DNA of 64,000 bases from an uncultured bacterium (lineage in GTDB: Bacteria > UBP6 > UBA1177 > JAKLFG01). The stretch is from NCBI GenBank assembly GCA_937871295.1, contig CALMRE010000074.1, positions 5,088 to 69,087 on the forward strand. The letters run 5' to 3'. Position 1 is the first letter of the stretch; each line of letters starts with the position of its first letter. A program made the translations under genes and the position numbers. The notes below the pieces were generated by a model. The model had not been told where the DNA came from, made no database searches, and saw nothing but the letters and a program-made list of their open reading frames with translations. Of this stretch, positions 41,461-51,327 are shown in pieces.

Positions 41461-42354
41461 ATGAGTAAAACAGGCATCCCGGCGATGTTCGACGGCTTCA
41501 CCATCCGCCGAGTGTACGACGAACAGAAAGAGGTCTGGTACTTCTCGGTCATCGACATCATTCGGGCGCTCATCCAACAGCCCGACTATCTGACGGCCAG
41601 AAAGTACTGGAACAAACTGAAAGAGCGATTGGCGAAAGAAGGAAGTGAGTCGGTGACAAAATGTCACCGACTGAAACTTGCAGCAGCCGACGGCAAACAA
41701 TACCTCACCGATGTCGCCGACGCCGAAACGCTTCTACGCCTTATCCAGTCGGTGCCGAGCCCCAAGGCAGAGCCGATAAAACTCTGGCTTGCGAAGGTCG
41801 GCTACGAGCGGATGCAGGAAATGACCGATCCGGAACGGTCGCTTGACCGTGCCCGCGACAACTGGCGCAAGCATGGCCGCAGCGAGAAGTGGATACAACA
41901 GCGGATGATGAGTCAGGAAACGCGCAACAAACTGACCGATTATTGGAAAGACCATGAGATCACCAAGGATGAAGAATTCGCGATACTGACCAACATCATC
42001 CATCAGGAATGGAGCGATCTTTCGGTCAAGGAACATAAGGCGCTCAAGGGAATCAAAACGCAGAATCTGCGCGACCACATGACCGAAGCGGAACTCATCT
42101 TTACCGCGCTTGCCGAACTTTCGACACGGCAGATAGCCGAAAGCGTGGCGGCGACCGGAATGGCAGAGAACGCGACCGCCGGAAAGAAGGGTGGGCGCAT
42201 CGCGAAACGGGCGCGCCTCGAACTGGAGCAGAAGACCGGCCGCAAGGTCGTATCGGGCGAAAGCTTCCTCCCGCCGAAAGAGGAACCGAAACGGCTGGAG
42301 GATCGTCCCAAAAAACAAAAGAAGAAATCACAGAAAAGGTCGCTCAAGAAATAA
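41461..42354 (+). CDS. Bro-N domain protein / DNA-damage-inducible protein D (DinD)-like, Lys-rich C-terminal tail
   Basis: N-terminal FDGFTIRRVYDEQKEVWYFSVIDIIRAL matches Bro-N/KilA-N-like antirepressor domains; about 55% GC, below the genome average. Confidence 0.7.
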   Translation: MSKTGIPAMFDGFTIRRVYDEQKEVWYFSVIDIIRALIQQPDYLTARKYWNKLKERLAKEGSESVTKCHRLKLAAADGKQYLTDVADAETLLRLIQSVPSPKAEPIKLWLAKVGYERMQEMTDPERSLDRARDNWRKHGRSEKWIQQRMMSQETRNKLTDYWKDHEITKDEEFAILTNIIHQEWSDLSVKEHKALKGIKTQNLRDHMTEAELIFTALAELSTRQIAESVAATGMAENATAGKKGGRIAKRARLELEQKTGRKVVSGESFLPPKEEPKRLEDRPKKQKKKSQKRSLKK

Positions 42355-42372
42355 GTCCTCTATTTCACCGCG
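42341..42372 (+). repeat. Direct repeat copy B (overlaps the Bro-N gene stop)
   Basis: cgctcaagaaataagtcctctatttcaccgcg. Confidence 0.8.
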
Positions 42373-42468
42373 CATACCGCAGCTCTTGACATCATTTCCC
42401 GCTTGACAATTTCTTTCTCCGGCGGTACAGTTCTGCTGACGCACGCGATACAGGGGGGAAGGAATTCC

Positions 42469-43275
42469 ATGAAACACATGATGCTCTTCTTGGCGATGAT
42501 GCTCCTTTTGCCGGTGGCGATGATCGGAGCGGGGGACGAGGATTCACTCCCGAGCGATGCGGATGCGGTCATCGACTCCGGCGTGAACTTCGATATCCCC
42601 GAAGAAGCGACTAAGTGGCGGGAGGGACGGGAAAAGGAAAGTTGTACCTGTAGAACGGAACAGGCCGCCTACGATACATGGTGCGATGAACGGCCCATGT
42701 ATTATCTTATTAAGGTACAGAACTGGGGCGATGATACGGCGCATGATGTTGTGGTCATTGACGACCTTGATCCCCGTGTCGATTATATTCCCGATACGAC
42801 CGAGATGGCGACCCAGTTCGATGAGAAGGGGGACGGGACCGACTGGACATCGCTACCCGATGGGGCGAACGGAGAAATCCCCCTAGCGGGAGAGGGATAC
42901 AAAGTGGCCGATATGATGACGCCGTGCGATATCGGTACCCTAACCTGCGCCGACACCCGACTTCTACGCTTTAAGGTGATGCCCAAAAAACTGCCCCTCA
43001 ATGAAATAATACCTAATCAGTCGACCATCAAAGAGGCGACAGGAGAATATCTGACGAATGGGGGACCGCTCAAACTCAAAGGCACATGGAATTCATCAGA
43101 TTGCCAGGAGCATGCAACCTGCCCCGAACCGCCCAAGTCCGAATGTGGCGGCGGCGGCGAATCTGATGTTGATACCATGCCGGATGTGGATGAGTCCGTT
43201 GTCGACAAAGCAGAAACCGAGGCCGATTTCATTATGCCGAAGGACGACGGCTGTGGTTGTTCGGTGGTGTGGTGA
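42469..43275 (+). CDS. Secreted DUF11 (conserved repeat domain) protein with acidic/Cys-rich C-terminus
   Basis: Signal peptide MKHMMLFLAMMLLLPVAMIGA; YYLIKVQNWGDDTAHDVVVIDDLDPRVDYIPDT matches the DUF11 repeat pattern; GC about 52%. Confidence 0.6.
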   Translation: MKHMMLFLAMMLLLPVAMIGAGDEDSLPSDADAVIDSGVNFDIPEEATKWREGREKESCTCRTEQAAYDTWCDERPMYYLIKVQNWGDDTAHDVVVIDDLDPRVDYIPDTTEMATQFDEKGDGTDWTSLPDGANGEIPLAGEGYKVADMMTPCDIGTLTCADTRLLRFKVMPKKLPLNEIIPNQSTIKEATGEYLTNGGPLKLKGTWNSSDCQEHATCPEPPKSECGGGGESDVDTMPDVDESVVDKAETEADFIMPKDDGCGCSVVW

Positions 43276-43314
43276 ACACCTTCCGCCCCCTTGTCAAAGG
43301 GGACTTGAGGGGAT

Positions 43315-43935
43315 TTAGAATAAATACTTTATCGCGACGAAGCCCAGAATAAGCAGTACCACAAAAGCGACCGACAGCAGGTTGAAATACTTGTCGATGA
43401 ACTTCTTTATCGGTTCGCCGAAGAAGAAGATAAGCGTGCTGACGATGAAGAAGCGGAGCGACCGTGAGATGGCCGAGGCGAGGACGAAGAGCGGGAAGTT
43501 CATCCCGAACACTCCGCTGGCGATGGTGAAGACCTTGTAGGGAATGGGGGTAAACCCAGCGATGAGTACCGCCGCGAACCCGTACTCGTTGTACATCGTC
43601 TGCACCTTGGCGAATATCTCGGGGGTGAAGCCGGGAACGTAGGAGAAGAAGAAGCCCGACAGCCCGCTCCACAGCGCCATGCCGATAAAATAGCCGAGCA
43701 TACCGCCCGCCACCGAAGCGATGGAGCAAACGAGTGCGAAGTAGAACGACTTTTTCGGCTTGCCCATATTGAGCGCGATGAGCAGCACATCGGGCGGCAC
43801 CGGGAAGAAACTCGATTCGGCGAACGATAGGGTGGCGAGCGCCGGAGTGCCGTACGGTGTCTCGGCCCAGTGAAGGACCCAGTCGTAGAGACGGCGGACG
43901 ATGTTCTTTTTCTGCGGTGCGGTTGGTTCGCTCAT
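43315..43935 (-). CDS. DedA/YqaA (SNARE-associated) family membrane protein
   Basis: FFPVPPDVLLIAL ... GFTPIPYKVFTIASG family motifs. Confidence 0.85.
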   Translation of the reverse strand: MSEPTAPQKKNIVRRLYDWVLHWAETPYGTPALATLSFAESSFFPVPPDVLLIALNMGKPKKSFYFALVCSIASVAGGMLGYFIGMALWSGLSGFFFSYVPGFTPEIFAKVQTMYNEYGFAAVLIAGFTPIPYKVFTIASGVFGMNFPLFVLASAISRSLRFFIVSTLIFFFGEPIKKFIDKYFNLLSVAFVVLLILGFVAIKYLF

Positions 43936-44720
43936 GTTTTTTTCCTAAGTCGGTTGAGTGTCAATTCATCGGTGAAATGCATGGTGAGCGGCGTTATCGA
44001 GACCTCTGCGTCGCGCATCGCGTTGCAGTCGCTCCCCGGGATATCTTCGAAGCCGAGCTGATCGCCGCCGATCCAGTAGTAAGGCCGTCCGCGCGGGTCC
44101 TCCCGTTTGATTATCTGGCCGCCGTAGTTGCGTTTGCCGAGGCTGGTCCAGCGGATGACGGGCCGTTTCTTGCCGAGCGCGGCGACCGGTATGTTGACAT
44201 TGAACAGGCGCGGCGTCTCATACAGATCGCGGCCGCCGCAGGCCGCTTCCATGTACGGCAGTATCTTCCCGACGAAAAGTTCCGCCGCCATCTCGAAATG
44301 AACGGAGGGGTCAGGCGACTTACCGCCGAAGTAGAGCGAGACGGCGATGCTGGTCACGCCGTGGTAGAAACCCTCTATCGCGGCGCAGACGGTGCCGCTG
44401 TAGGTGAGGTCGTGGGCGAGGTTGCCGCCGAGGTTGATCCCCGATATCACCAGATCGGGCTTTTCGTGGAGCGGCGCATCGAAGTAGAGTATCACCGCGT
44501 CGGCCGGCGTCCCGTGGACGGCGAACCGATGATCGGTGAACTTGCGCGCCCGGAGCGGATCGTGCAAAGTTATCGAGTGCCCGCAGCCGCTTTTTTCGTG
44601 GAGCGGCGCCGCCACGGCGTGGGAGATCCCCGCCGCAGAGAGGCGATTTTCCAGCGCGGTTATGCCGGGTGCGTGAATGCCGTCATCGTTGGTGATGAGT
44701 ATGAAGCGGGAAGATATCAT
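43932..44720 (-). CDS. surE: 5'/3'-nucleotidase SurE
   Basis: ILITNDDGIHAPGI N-terminus; GINLGGN; 4-nt overlap with the dedA-like gene. Confidence 0.9.
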   Translation of the reverse strand: MISSRFILITNDDGIHAPGITALENRLSAAGISHAVAAPLHEKSGCGHSITLHDPLRARKFTDHRFAVHGTPADAVILYFDAPLHEKPDLVISGINLGGNLAHDLTYSGTVCAAIEGFYHGVTSIAVSLYFGGKSPDPSVHFEMAAELFVGKILPYMEAACGGRDLYETPRLFNVNIPVAALGKKRPVIRWTSLGKRNYGGQIIKREDPRGRPYYWIGGDQLGFEDIPGSDCNAMRDAEVSITPLTMHFTDELTLNRLRKKT

Positions 44721-44727
44721 GAAAAAA

Positions 44728-44805
44728 TGGTCGGGATGACTGGATTCGAACCAGCGACCACTTGAACCCCATTCAAGTGCGCTACCCAGACTGCGCTACA
44801 TCCCG
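44728..44805 (-). tRNA. tRNA-Pro (anticodon GGG)
   Basis: Manual cloverleaf: acceptor CGGGATG/CATCCCG, D-arm GCGC, anticodon stem CTTGA/TCAAG with loop ATGGGGT, T-loop TTCGAAT, discriminator A, encoded CCA. Confidence 0.8.
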
Positions 44806-44824
44806 ACCCGCTCAAAACGCCCGG

Positions 44825-45115
44825 TTAGGACTTCTTGTTGTTCAGCCGCTCCTTGAGGACCTGGCTGTGGTGGAACGATACGACCTTGCGTTCGCCGATG
44901 GTCATCGCGTCACCGGTCTGGGGGTTGCGGCCCTTGCGCTGCCGCTTCTGCTTGATCACGAACTTGCCGAAGCCGGAGACCTGAATGTCGCCGTCCTTGG
45001 TCAGTCCGCTCTTGAGTTCCTCGAAGAACATATCGACCAGTTCGGCCGCCTTCTTCTTGTCGACCTTCATGTGCTCATACGCCATTTCAGCCAGTTCAAC
45101 CTTGGTGATGCTCAT
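44825..45115 (-). CDS. HU/IHF family DNA-binding protein
   Basis: 96 aa; GFGKF...R.GRNP.TG arm motif. Confidence 0.88.
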   Translation of the reverse strand: MSITKVELAEMAYEHMKVDKKKAAELVDMFFEELKSGLTKDGDIQVSGFGKFVIKQKRQRKGRNPQTGDAMTIGERKVVSFHHSQVLKERLNNKKS

Positions 45116-45131
45116 GGTTTCCCCCCTGTTG

Positions 45132-45482
45132 TTATGCCGCTGCCTTTGCCGTTTCCACGATCTTGTCGAACGCCTTAGGGTCCTCCATCGCCATGTTGGC
45201 GAGGAGTTTCCGGTCGATGGCGACCTGCGCCTTGTTCAGCAGATTCATGAAGACGCTGTAGGAAAGACCGCGTTCACGGACCGCCGCGTTGATACGCATG
45301 ATCCAGAGGGCGCGGAAATCGCGCTTCTTGAGTTTTCTGCTGACATAGTTGAACGCCCAGCCGCGTTCCACCGTCTCGCGGGCGACCTTGAAGGTCCTTG
45401 CCCGCCGGGAATAGTTACCCCGTGCCGCCTTGAGTATCTCGTTCCGCCGCCGCCGGGCCTTGAATCCTTTCTTGACGCGCAT
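45132..45482 (-). CDS. rplT: 50S ribosomal protein L20
   Basis: MRVKKGFKARRRR...; conserved operon position. Confidence 0.95.
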   Translation of the reverse strand: MRVKKGFKARRRRNEILKAARGNYSRRARTFKVARETVERGWAFNYVSRKLKKRDFRALWIMRINAAVRERGLSYSVFMNLLNKAQVAIDRKLLANMAMEDPKAFDKIVETAKAAA

Positions 45483-45499
45483 CTCTTATCTCCTTCTAG

Positions 45500-45700
45500 T
45501 TATGCCGAATAGGGAAGCATCCGTCTGACCTGCGGCACATTGCTCGGATCGACCGCCGCATCCTGCCGGAGATTCCGTTTCCGCTTCTTCGATTTCTTCG
45601 TGAGGATATGGCTCTTGAACGCGTGCCCCCTCATCAGTTTGCCGGTCCCGGTGGTCTTGAACCGTTTCGCGGCCGCTTTGTTGGTCTTCAGTTTTCCCAT
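45500..45700 (-). CDS. rpmI: 50S ribosomal protein L35
   Basis: [15 protein letters not shown]... Confidence 0.95.
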   Translation of the reverse strand: MGKLKTNKAAAKRFKTTGTGKLMRGHAFKSHILTKKSKKRKRNLRQDAAVDPSNVPQVRRMLPYSA

Positions 45701-45710
45701 GATGCTCTCC

Positions 45711-46243
<533 letters not shown>

Positions 46244-46244
<1 letters not shown>

Positions 46245-48157
46245 CAGAAGTACTGTCCTCCACGGTTCTCGCGGTCCACCTGTTCCACGAAGGCGTCGAG
46301 CCGCATCTCGACCTGCTCTCCGTTCCGTATCCGCACCGACACCGTCTCCAGCGACGCTTCTTTGTCGCCGACGACGATGATATACGGCGTCTTTTCGACC
46401 ACCCACTCGCGGACCTTGTAGCCCGTCTTCTCGTTGCGGCGGTCGACGAGAACGCGAATATTACTGGCTTTCAGCCGATTTTCAAGTTTTTCGGCTATCT
46501 CGTGATGGCGGTCGGTCACCGGCACCAGCACCACCTGTGTCGGAGCGAGCCACACCGGGAAGGCCCCTTTGAAGTGTTCGATGAGGACGCCGAAGAACCG
46601 TTCGAGCGATCCCATGAGGGCGCGGTGGAGCATGATGGGACGGTGCTCCGCGCCGTCGCTGCCGACGTAGGTGAGATCGAACCGCTCGGGCAGGTTGAAG
46701 TCGACCTGTATGGTCGAAAGCTGCCATTCACGGCCGATCGCGTCGGTCACCGCGATGTCTATCTTCGGGCCGTAGAAAGCGCCGTCGCCCGGATTTATCT
46801 GGTAGGGAAGACCCGACCGTTCGAGCGCCGCCTCGAGCGCCGTCTCGGCCTTGTCCCATACCGAAAGATCGCCTACCAGTTTCTTTTCGGGGCGGGTCGA
46901 CAGGTAGACCTTGAACTTCTCGAAGTCATAGGCGCGCAGGATGTGGAGCGAGAAGTCGAGCACGCGGCTGATCTCGTCGTCCAACTGATCGAGCCGGCAG
47001 AAGAGATGGGCGTCGTCCTGCGTGAAGCCGCGGACCCGCTTGAGCCCGTTGAGCGCTCCCGACAGTTCGTAGCGGTAGACCGTGCCGAGTTCGGCCCAGC
47101 GGATCGGGAATTCGCGGTAGCTCCACTTCTTTCTTTTATATATCTCTATATGGAAAGGGCAGTTCATCGGCTTGACGTAGTAGTTCTCGCCGTCGATGTC
47201 CATCGGGCTGTACATCCCATCCTTGTAGAAATCGAGGTGTCCGCTGGTCTCCCACAGGTGCGAGCGGCCGATGTGCGGTGTGTAGACGAGCTCGTAGCCG
47301 TTGCGGTAGTGTTCCTTGCGCCAGAAATTCTCGACGATGGTGCGGATGACGCCTCCCTTGGGAGTCCAGAGGGCAAGGCCCATGCCGATATCGTCGGTCA
47401 TGGTGTAGAGATCGAGTTCGGGCCCGAGTTTGCGGTGGTCCCGCTCGCGCGCCTCTTCCACCTGCTTGAGGTGTTCGTCGAGCTGTTTCTTATCGGTGAA
47501 CGCGGTGCCGTAGATGCGCTGGAGCATTTTGTTCTTCGAATCGCCCCGCCAGTAGGCGCCGGCCACCGAAAGCACCTTGTGCGCCTTCACAAAACCGGTG
47601 TCGGGCAGGTGCGGGCCGCGGCAGAGATCGGTGAAATTCCCGTGGGTGTAGAGCGATACGACCTGCGCGCCGAGGTCGCGGATGATCTCGATCTTATAGT
47701 TCTCTCCCATGCCGCGGAACAGCGCGATCGCCTCATCGGCGGTCACAACGCGCCGCGCGAAGGGTTGTTTCGCCTTGATGATCTCGGCCATCTTCGCCTC
47801 TATCCGCTCGAGGTCCTCGGCGGTGAAACGGTGTTCCGAGTCGAAATCGTAGTAAAAACCGTTTTCGATGGCGGGGCCGATGGTCACCTTGGTCCCCGGG
47901 AAGAGTTGGGTCACCGCGTCGGCCATGATATGCGAGGCCGAATGACGGATGAGTTCGAGCCCTTCGGGGGAAGAAGCGGTGACGACCACCAGCGAACCCT
48001 CCTCGACCGGCGAAGCAACATCCTTCATCGCGTCGTTTATCCTGACGGCCAGCGCGTTCTTGGCAAGTCCCTGTCCGATCTCGCGGGCGATGAATTCGCG
48101 CCAGTTCTCACCGGCTTTCGCCTCTTTTCTCGAGCCGTCGGGAAGTATGATGATCAT
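46244..48157 (-). CDS. thrS: Threonine--tRNA ligase
   Basis: TGS N-terminus, class II core, zinc-site residues; heads the thrS-infC-rpmI-rplT cluster. Confidence 0.95.
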
Positions 48158-48186
48158 GGTAAAACCTTACGGCAAAAAAAAAGACA

Positions 48187-48262
48187 TGGTAGGCCCGAGA
48201 GGGTTCGAACCTCTGACCCCTGCTACGTCAAAGCAGTGCTCTCCCAATTGAGCTACGAGCCC
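48187..48262 (-). tRNA. tRNA-Val (anticodon GAC)
   Basis: Manual cloverleaf: acceptor GGGCTCG/CGGGCCT (two G-U pairs), TAGCTCA...GGGAGAGC D-arm, anticodon stem CTGCT/AGCAG with loop TTGACGT, T-loop TTCGAAC, encoded CCA. Confidence 0.75.
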
Positions 48263-48400
48263 GCATGTCAAAAACAAGCGAGCGGATTTATAGCCGAAAG
48301 TTGACGCTTGTCAAACTTTTTTTTCCTTTTGCCGAAAAACATGCTACTACACCGCTGTTCGCGCAGAAGCGAGAAGGGCAACGGTAAGGGAGCGCACATC

Positions 48401-49771
48401 ATGGAACAGCTCAAACTGCTTATCATCGGCGCCGGTCCGGGCGGTTATGTCGCCGCGATACGGGCGGCCCAACTCGGTCTTTCCCCGGTGGTCGTCGAAA
48501 GATCGAACGATCTGGGAGGCACCTGTCTCAACTGGGGCTGTATCCCGGCCAAGGCGCTCATCCGGGCGGCGGAAGCCTTCGAGGATGCGAAAGAGGCGTG
48601 CAAGTTCGGCGTTCACGCCGAGCCGACCTTCAACTGGGGCGAAGTGGTCGCCCACGCCCGAGGGGCGGTCGCGAAGAACAATAGAGGGATCGAGTTCCTT
48701 TTCAAGAAACACAACATCCGCCTCATTCGCGGCGAGGCGCGCTTCACCGGGCCGAAAGAGGTGACGGTGGGCAGCGATGTCTACACCGCCGACAACATCA
48801 TCATCGCCGCCGGTTCCACCTTCAAGGACCTGCCGCATATCAAAATAGACCGCGCCGACATATGGTCGAGCGACGAGGCGCTTTTTTCCCCGACGCTCCC
48901 CAAGAGCATCGCGATCATCGGAGCGGGCGCCATCGGCGTCGAGTTCGCCTACATCTATGCGACCTTCGGCGTCGAGGTCCATCTCATCGAGGCGCTCGAC
49001 CGCCTCGTCCCGCTCGAGGACGGCGAGGTGAGCAAAGAGTTGCTGAAGGAGTTCCGCAAAAAGAAGATCAAATGCTACACCGGCACCTGCGTCGAGAAGG
49101 CCGAAAAAACGGCTGACGGGATGATGGTGACGCTTTCAGGCGGGAAGACGCTGACGGTCGAGAAACTGCTCTCGGCGGTCGGCCGCCGTCCCAACAGCGC
49201 GGCGCTTGGACTCGCGGCGACCGGTATCGAGACCGACCCGCGCGGCTTCATCCCGGTGAGTTCGCTTTTTGAAACAAAGGCCCCCGGCGTCTACGCCATC
49301 GGCGACCTCATCGCGACGCCGATGCTCGCCCACACCGCCGAACACGAAGGAATTATCACCGCCGAGCATATCGCCGGGTTGAAGGTCCATCCGATAGATT
49401 ACCGCCAGAATCCCGGCTGTACCTTCTGCGAACCGGCCATCGCATCGGTCGGCCTCACCGAGGAAAAGGCAAAGGAACAGGGTGTCGTCTACGCCGTCGG
49501 CAAGTTCCCCTTCTCGGCCAACGGCAAGGCGGTGGCGTCGGGACGGACCGCCGGGTTCGTCAAGGTGCTCATCGCCGCCAATACCCATGAACTGCTCGGC
49601 GCCCACATCATCGGCCACGGGGCGCCCGACCTCATCAGCGAATTTCTCCCGGCTCTCCGGCTGAAGGCCAAAGCGGAGGATATCATAGAAAGTATACATC
49701 CCCACCCGACACTGTGCGAGGCGAGTCTCGAAGCGGTGCTGGCCGCCCTCGGCCGGACCATCCATATCTGA
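48401..49771 (+). CDS. lpd: Dihydrolipoyl dehydrogenase
   Basis: GAGPGGYVAAIRAAQLG FAD motif; redox disulfide GGTCLNWGCIPAK; C-terminal HPHPTL interface motif; aaggga RBS. Confidence 0.93.
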   Translation: MEQLKLLIIGAGPGGYVAAIRAAQLGLSPVVVERSNDLGGTCLNWGCIPAKALIRAAEAFEDAKEACKFGVHAEPTFNWGEVVAHARGAVAKNNRGIEFLFKKHNIRLIRGEARFTGPKEVTVGSDVYTADNIIIAAGSTFKDLPHIKIDRADIWSSDEALFSPTLPKSIAIIGAGAIGVEFAYIYATFGVEVHLIEALDRLVPLEDGEVSKELLKEFRKKKIKCYTGTCVEKAEKTADGMMVTLSGGKTLTVEKLLSAVGRRPNSAALGLAATGIETDPRGFIPVSSLFETKAPGVYAIGDLIATPMLAHTAEHEGIITAEHIAGLKVHPIDYRQNPGCTFCEPAIASVGLTEEKAKEQGVVYAVGKFPFSANGKAVASGRTAGFVKVLIAANTHELLGAHIIGHGAPDLISEFLPALRLKAKAEDIIESIHPHPTLCEASLEAVLAALGRTIHI

Positions 49772-49810
49772 ATTGCTTGATTTCTTTTGGAAAAAAGTTC
49801 ACCGTTGCTG

Positions 49811-49839
49811 TTGACATCCATTTTTCCCCCACTATAATG
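49811..49839 (+). promoter_or_regulatory. Near-consensus sigma70 promoter
   Basis: TTGACA-17 nt-TATAAT immediately upstream of a small ORF with a GGAG RBS. Confidence 0.6.
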
Positions 49840-49866
49840 GAACCAGACCGTTGACGGAGTATGGGT

Positions 49867-50043
49867 ATGAAACTTATCGCGTGTGTGATCGTGCTGAGCG
49901 GCTTGATCGGCCTCGGCGCGGCCGTTACGGGCACCGCGGAAGTCGACGGCCGGATCGCCTTCGGTGTTAATCCCGATCCGCCGCCGAGTCCGCCCGACGG
50001 GCCCAATCCCCCGCCGCCGCCGCCGCCCGACCGCACGGTCTGA
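49867..50043 (+). CDS. Small secreted Pro-rich peptide (58 aa)
   Basis: Signal-like MKLIACVIVLSGLIGLGAAVTG followed by PDPPPSPPDGPNPPPPPPPD; consensus promoter and RBS. Confidence 0.45.
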   Translation: MKLIACVIVLSGLIGLGAAVTGTAEVDGRIAFGVNPDPPPSPPDGPNPPPPPPPDRTV

Positions 50044-50064
50044 TCAGAATTCTTCCAACAGTTT

Positions 50065-51267
50065 TTATTGGTAGGCTTCGAAACGGATGGTGGTATTCCC
50101 GGCCTGAATGGTGTCGTTGTTCTCGAGGCGCCGCTTTTCGGTGGCTTTGACGCCGTTCACTTTTATTTTGTTGCCGCTCCCGAGGTCCTGCACCCAATAT
50201 TTTCCTTTTTCGAGGAATATCCGGAAATGGCGCCGTGAGACCGAGGGGTCGGTGAGGACCAGATCGAGATCGAGATTGCGGCCGATGAAGAACTCTTTTT
50301 TCTGTATGGCGGCGGTCTTGTCCTTGTCGTCGCCCGATATGACGGTGAGGCGTCCCTCGATCGAGTCATCGTCGATATTGGGAAGCGCCTCAAGGTCGAT
50401 GTTGGCGGCGGGGGCCGTTTTCGCAGCGGGTTTCAGAGGGATCATCTCCAGTTCACCGAGTTCCTGCAGGACCGGCGCCGGCTTTGCGGCCTGCGGCGCG
50501 GCGGCGCCCGCTCTGGGCGGCGTCACCGCGAAACCGTTCAGTATCCAGCCGGCCAGTTTTTCCTTTGCCTGCGGCGCCAGTTCGCCGCCGCCGACCTTCT
50601 TCAGTATGAATTCGATGAGTTCCTTGTCGGCGGTCGCCGCGACCCGCTGGGCCGCAAAGTATTCGGCGATCTTCTTCTCGTAGATGCCCAGACGGAGCGG
50701 GGCGAGTATCGGGGCCAGATCGAAGCCCTCTTTCTGGTAGAGATCGATCACCGCGAGGTCCTCAGCGCGGGTCTTCTCGCCGAGGTTGAGTTCCAGATAG
50801 GGGTCGGCGTCGAGCACGCCCGGCTCCATTCCGTCGGTGTAGAAGCGCCAGTCGATGCCGTTGGTGAGTATCGCCACCTTATCGCCCGGCAAGGTATGGA
50901 AAAGCGCCGCGAGGTTGGCGTGTCCCTCGGCCGGGTCTTCCTCGCCGAAGTAGGTCTGGACAAAAAGAAGCGGCTGATCGTTCTTCATCACCGCGAAGTC
51001 GGCGGTGAAAATGTCGCCCTGCGGCGTCTCGTAGGTGTAGCCCGCCATGAACTCGCCGGGATTGTAGACATCCCAGCCGAGGATGCGGAAGAAGGGGACG
51101 ACCAGCGACTGGCGCACCGTGTCGCGGCTCTTCAGGTACTTCTGGAGCGTTCTGATGTTCTTCGCGAAATTCGTAAGTTCGATCTTGTAGGTCATGGGTT
51201 CCTCCCGCGGTCGTTTCGGGAGAAATGTATCCTCCCGCGCGCGATAAATCAAATTTTCGGTTGACAA
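50065..51267 (-). CDS. HsdR_N-like (PD-(D/E)xK restriction-endonuclease-like) domain protein with C-terminal FHA domain
   Basis: N-terminal ...VVPFFRILGWDV...FTADFAVMKNDQPLLFVQTYF...VAILTNGIDWRFY matches the HSDR_N_2 pattern. Pro/Ala-rich linker. C-terminal FFIGRNLDLDLVLTDPSVSRRHFRI...NGVKA...DTIQAG is FHA. Alternative start at 51195. Confidence 0.7.
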   Translation of the reverse strand: MSTENLIYRAREDTFLPKRPREEPMTYKIELTNFAKNIRTLQKYLKSRDTVRQSLVVPFFRILGWDVYNPGEFMAGYTYETPQGDIFTADFAVMKNDQPLLFVQTYFGEEDPAEGHANLAALFHTLPGDKVAILTNGIDWRFYTDGMEPGVLDADPYLELNLGEKTRAEDLAVIDLYQKEGFDLAPILAPLRLGIYEKKIAEYFAAQRVAATADKELIEFILKKVGGGELAPQAKEKLAGWILNGFAVTPPRAGAAAPQAAKPAPVLQELGELEMIPLKPAAKTAPAANIDLEALPNIDDDSIEGRLTVISGDDKDKTAAIQKKEFFIGRNLDLDLVLTDPSVSRRHFRIFLEKGKYWVQDLGSGNKIKVNGVKATEKRRLENNDTIQAGNTTIRFEAYQ

Positions 51268-51288
51268 TGCCCGCTCTTTTTCTAGAAT
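51261..51288 (+). promoter_or_regulatory. Sigma70-like promoter
   Basis: TTGACA-16 nt-TAGAAT upstream of the 51328 ORF. Confidence 0.5.
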
Positions 51289-51327
51289 GGCTTTAGCTAT
51301 GACCTGATACGGGGGTTATCATGAAGT

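Noticed and set aside
41358-43300. Possibility that the lower-GC Bro-N region is a prophage
   Set aside because: Only about 2 kb with no integrase, capsid or other phage genes; treated instead as a small inserted cassette or remnant.
43857-44765. 302-aa plus-strand ORF overlapping surE antisense and the tRNA-Pro locus
   Set aside because: Overlaps a tRNA gene and a well-supported surE on the opposite strand.
46502-48304. 600-aa plus-strand ORF antisense to thrS and spanning tRNA-Val
   Set aside because: Shadow ORF over a highly conserved aminoacyl-tRNA synthetase gene.
48265-48400. Imperfect palindrome agttgac-gctt-gtcaaact followed by T8 upstream of lpd, considered as a plus-strand terminator
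   Set aside because: No plus-strand gene lies upstream to terminate. It is more likely part of the lpd promoter region or a minus-strand feature, so it is left unannotated.
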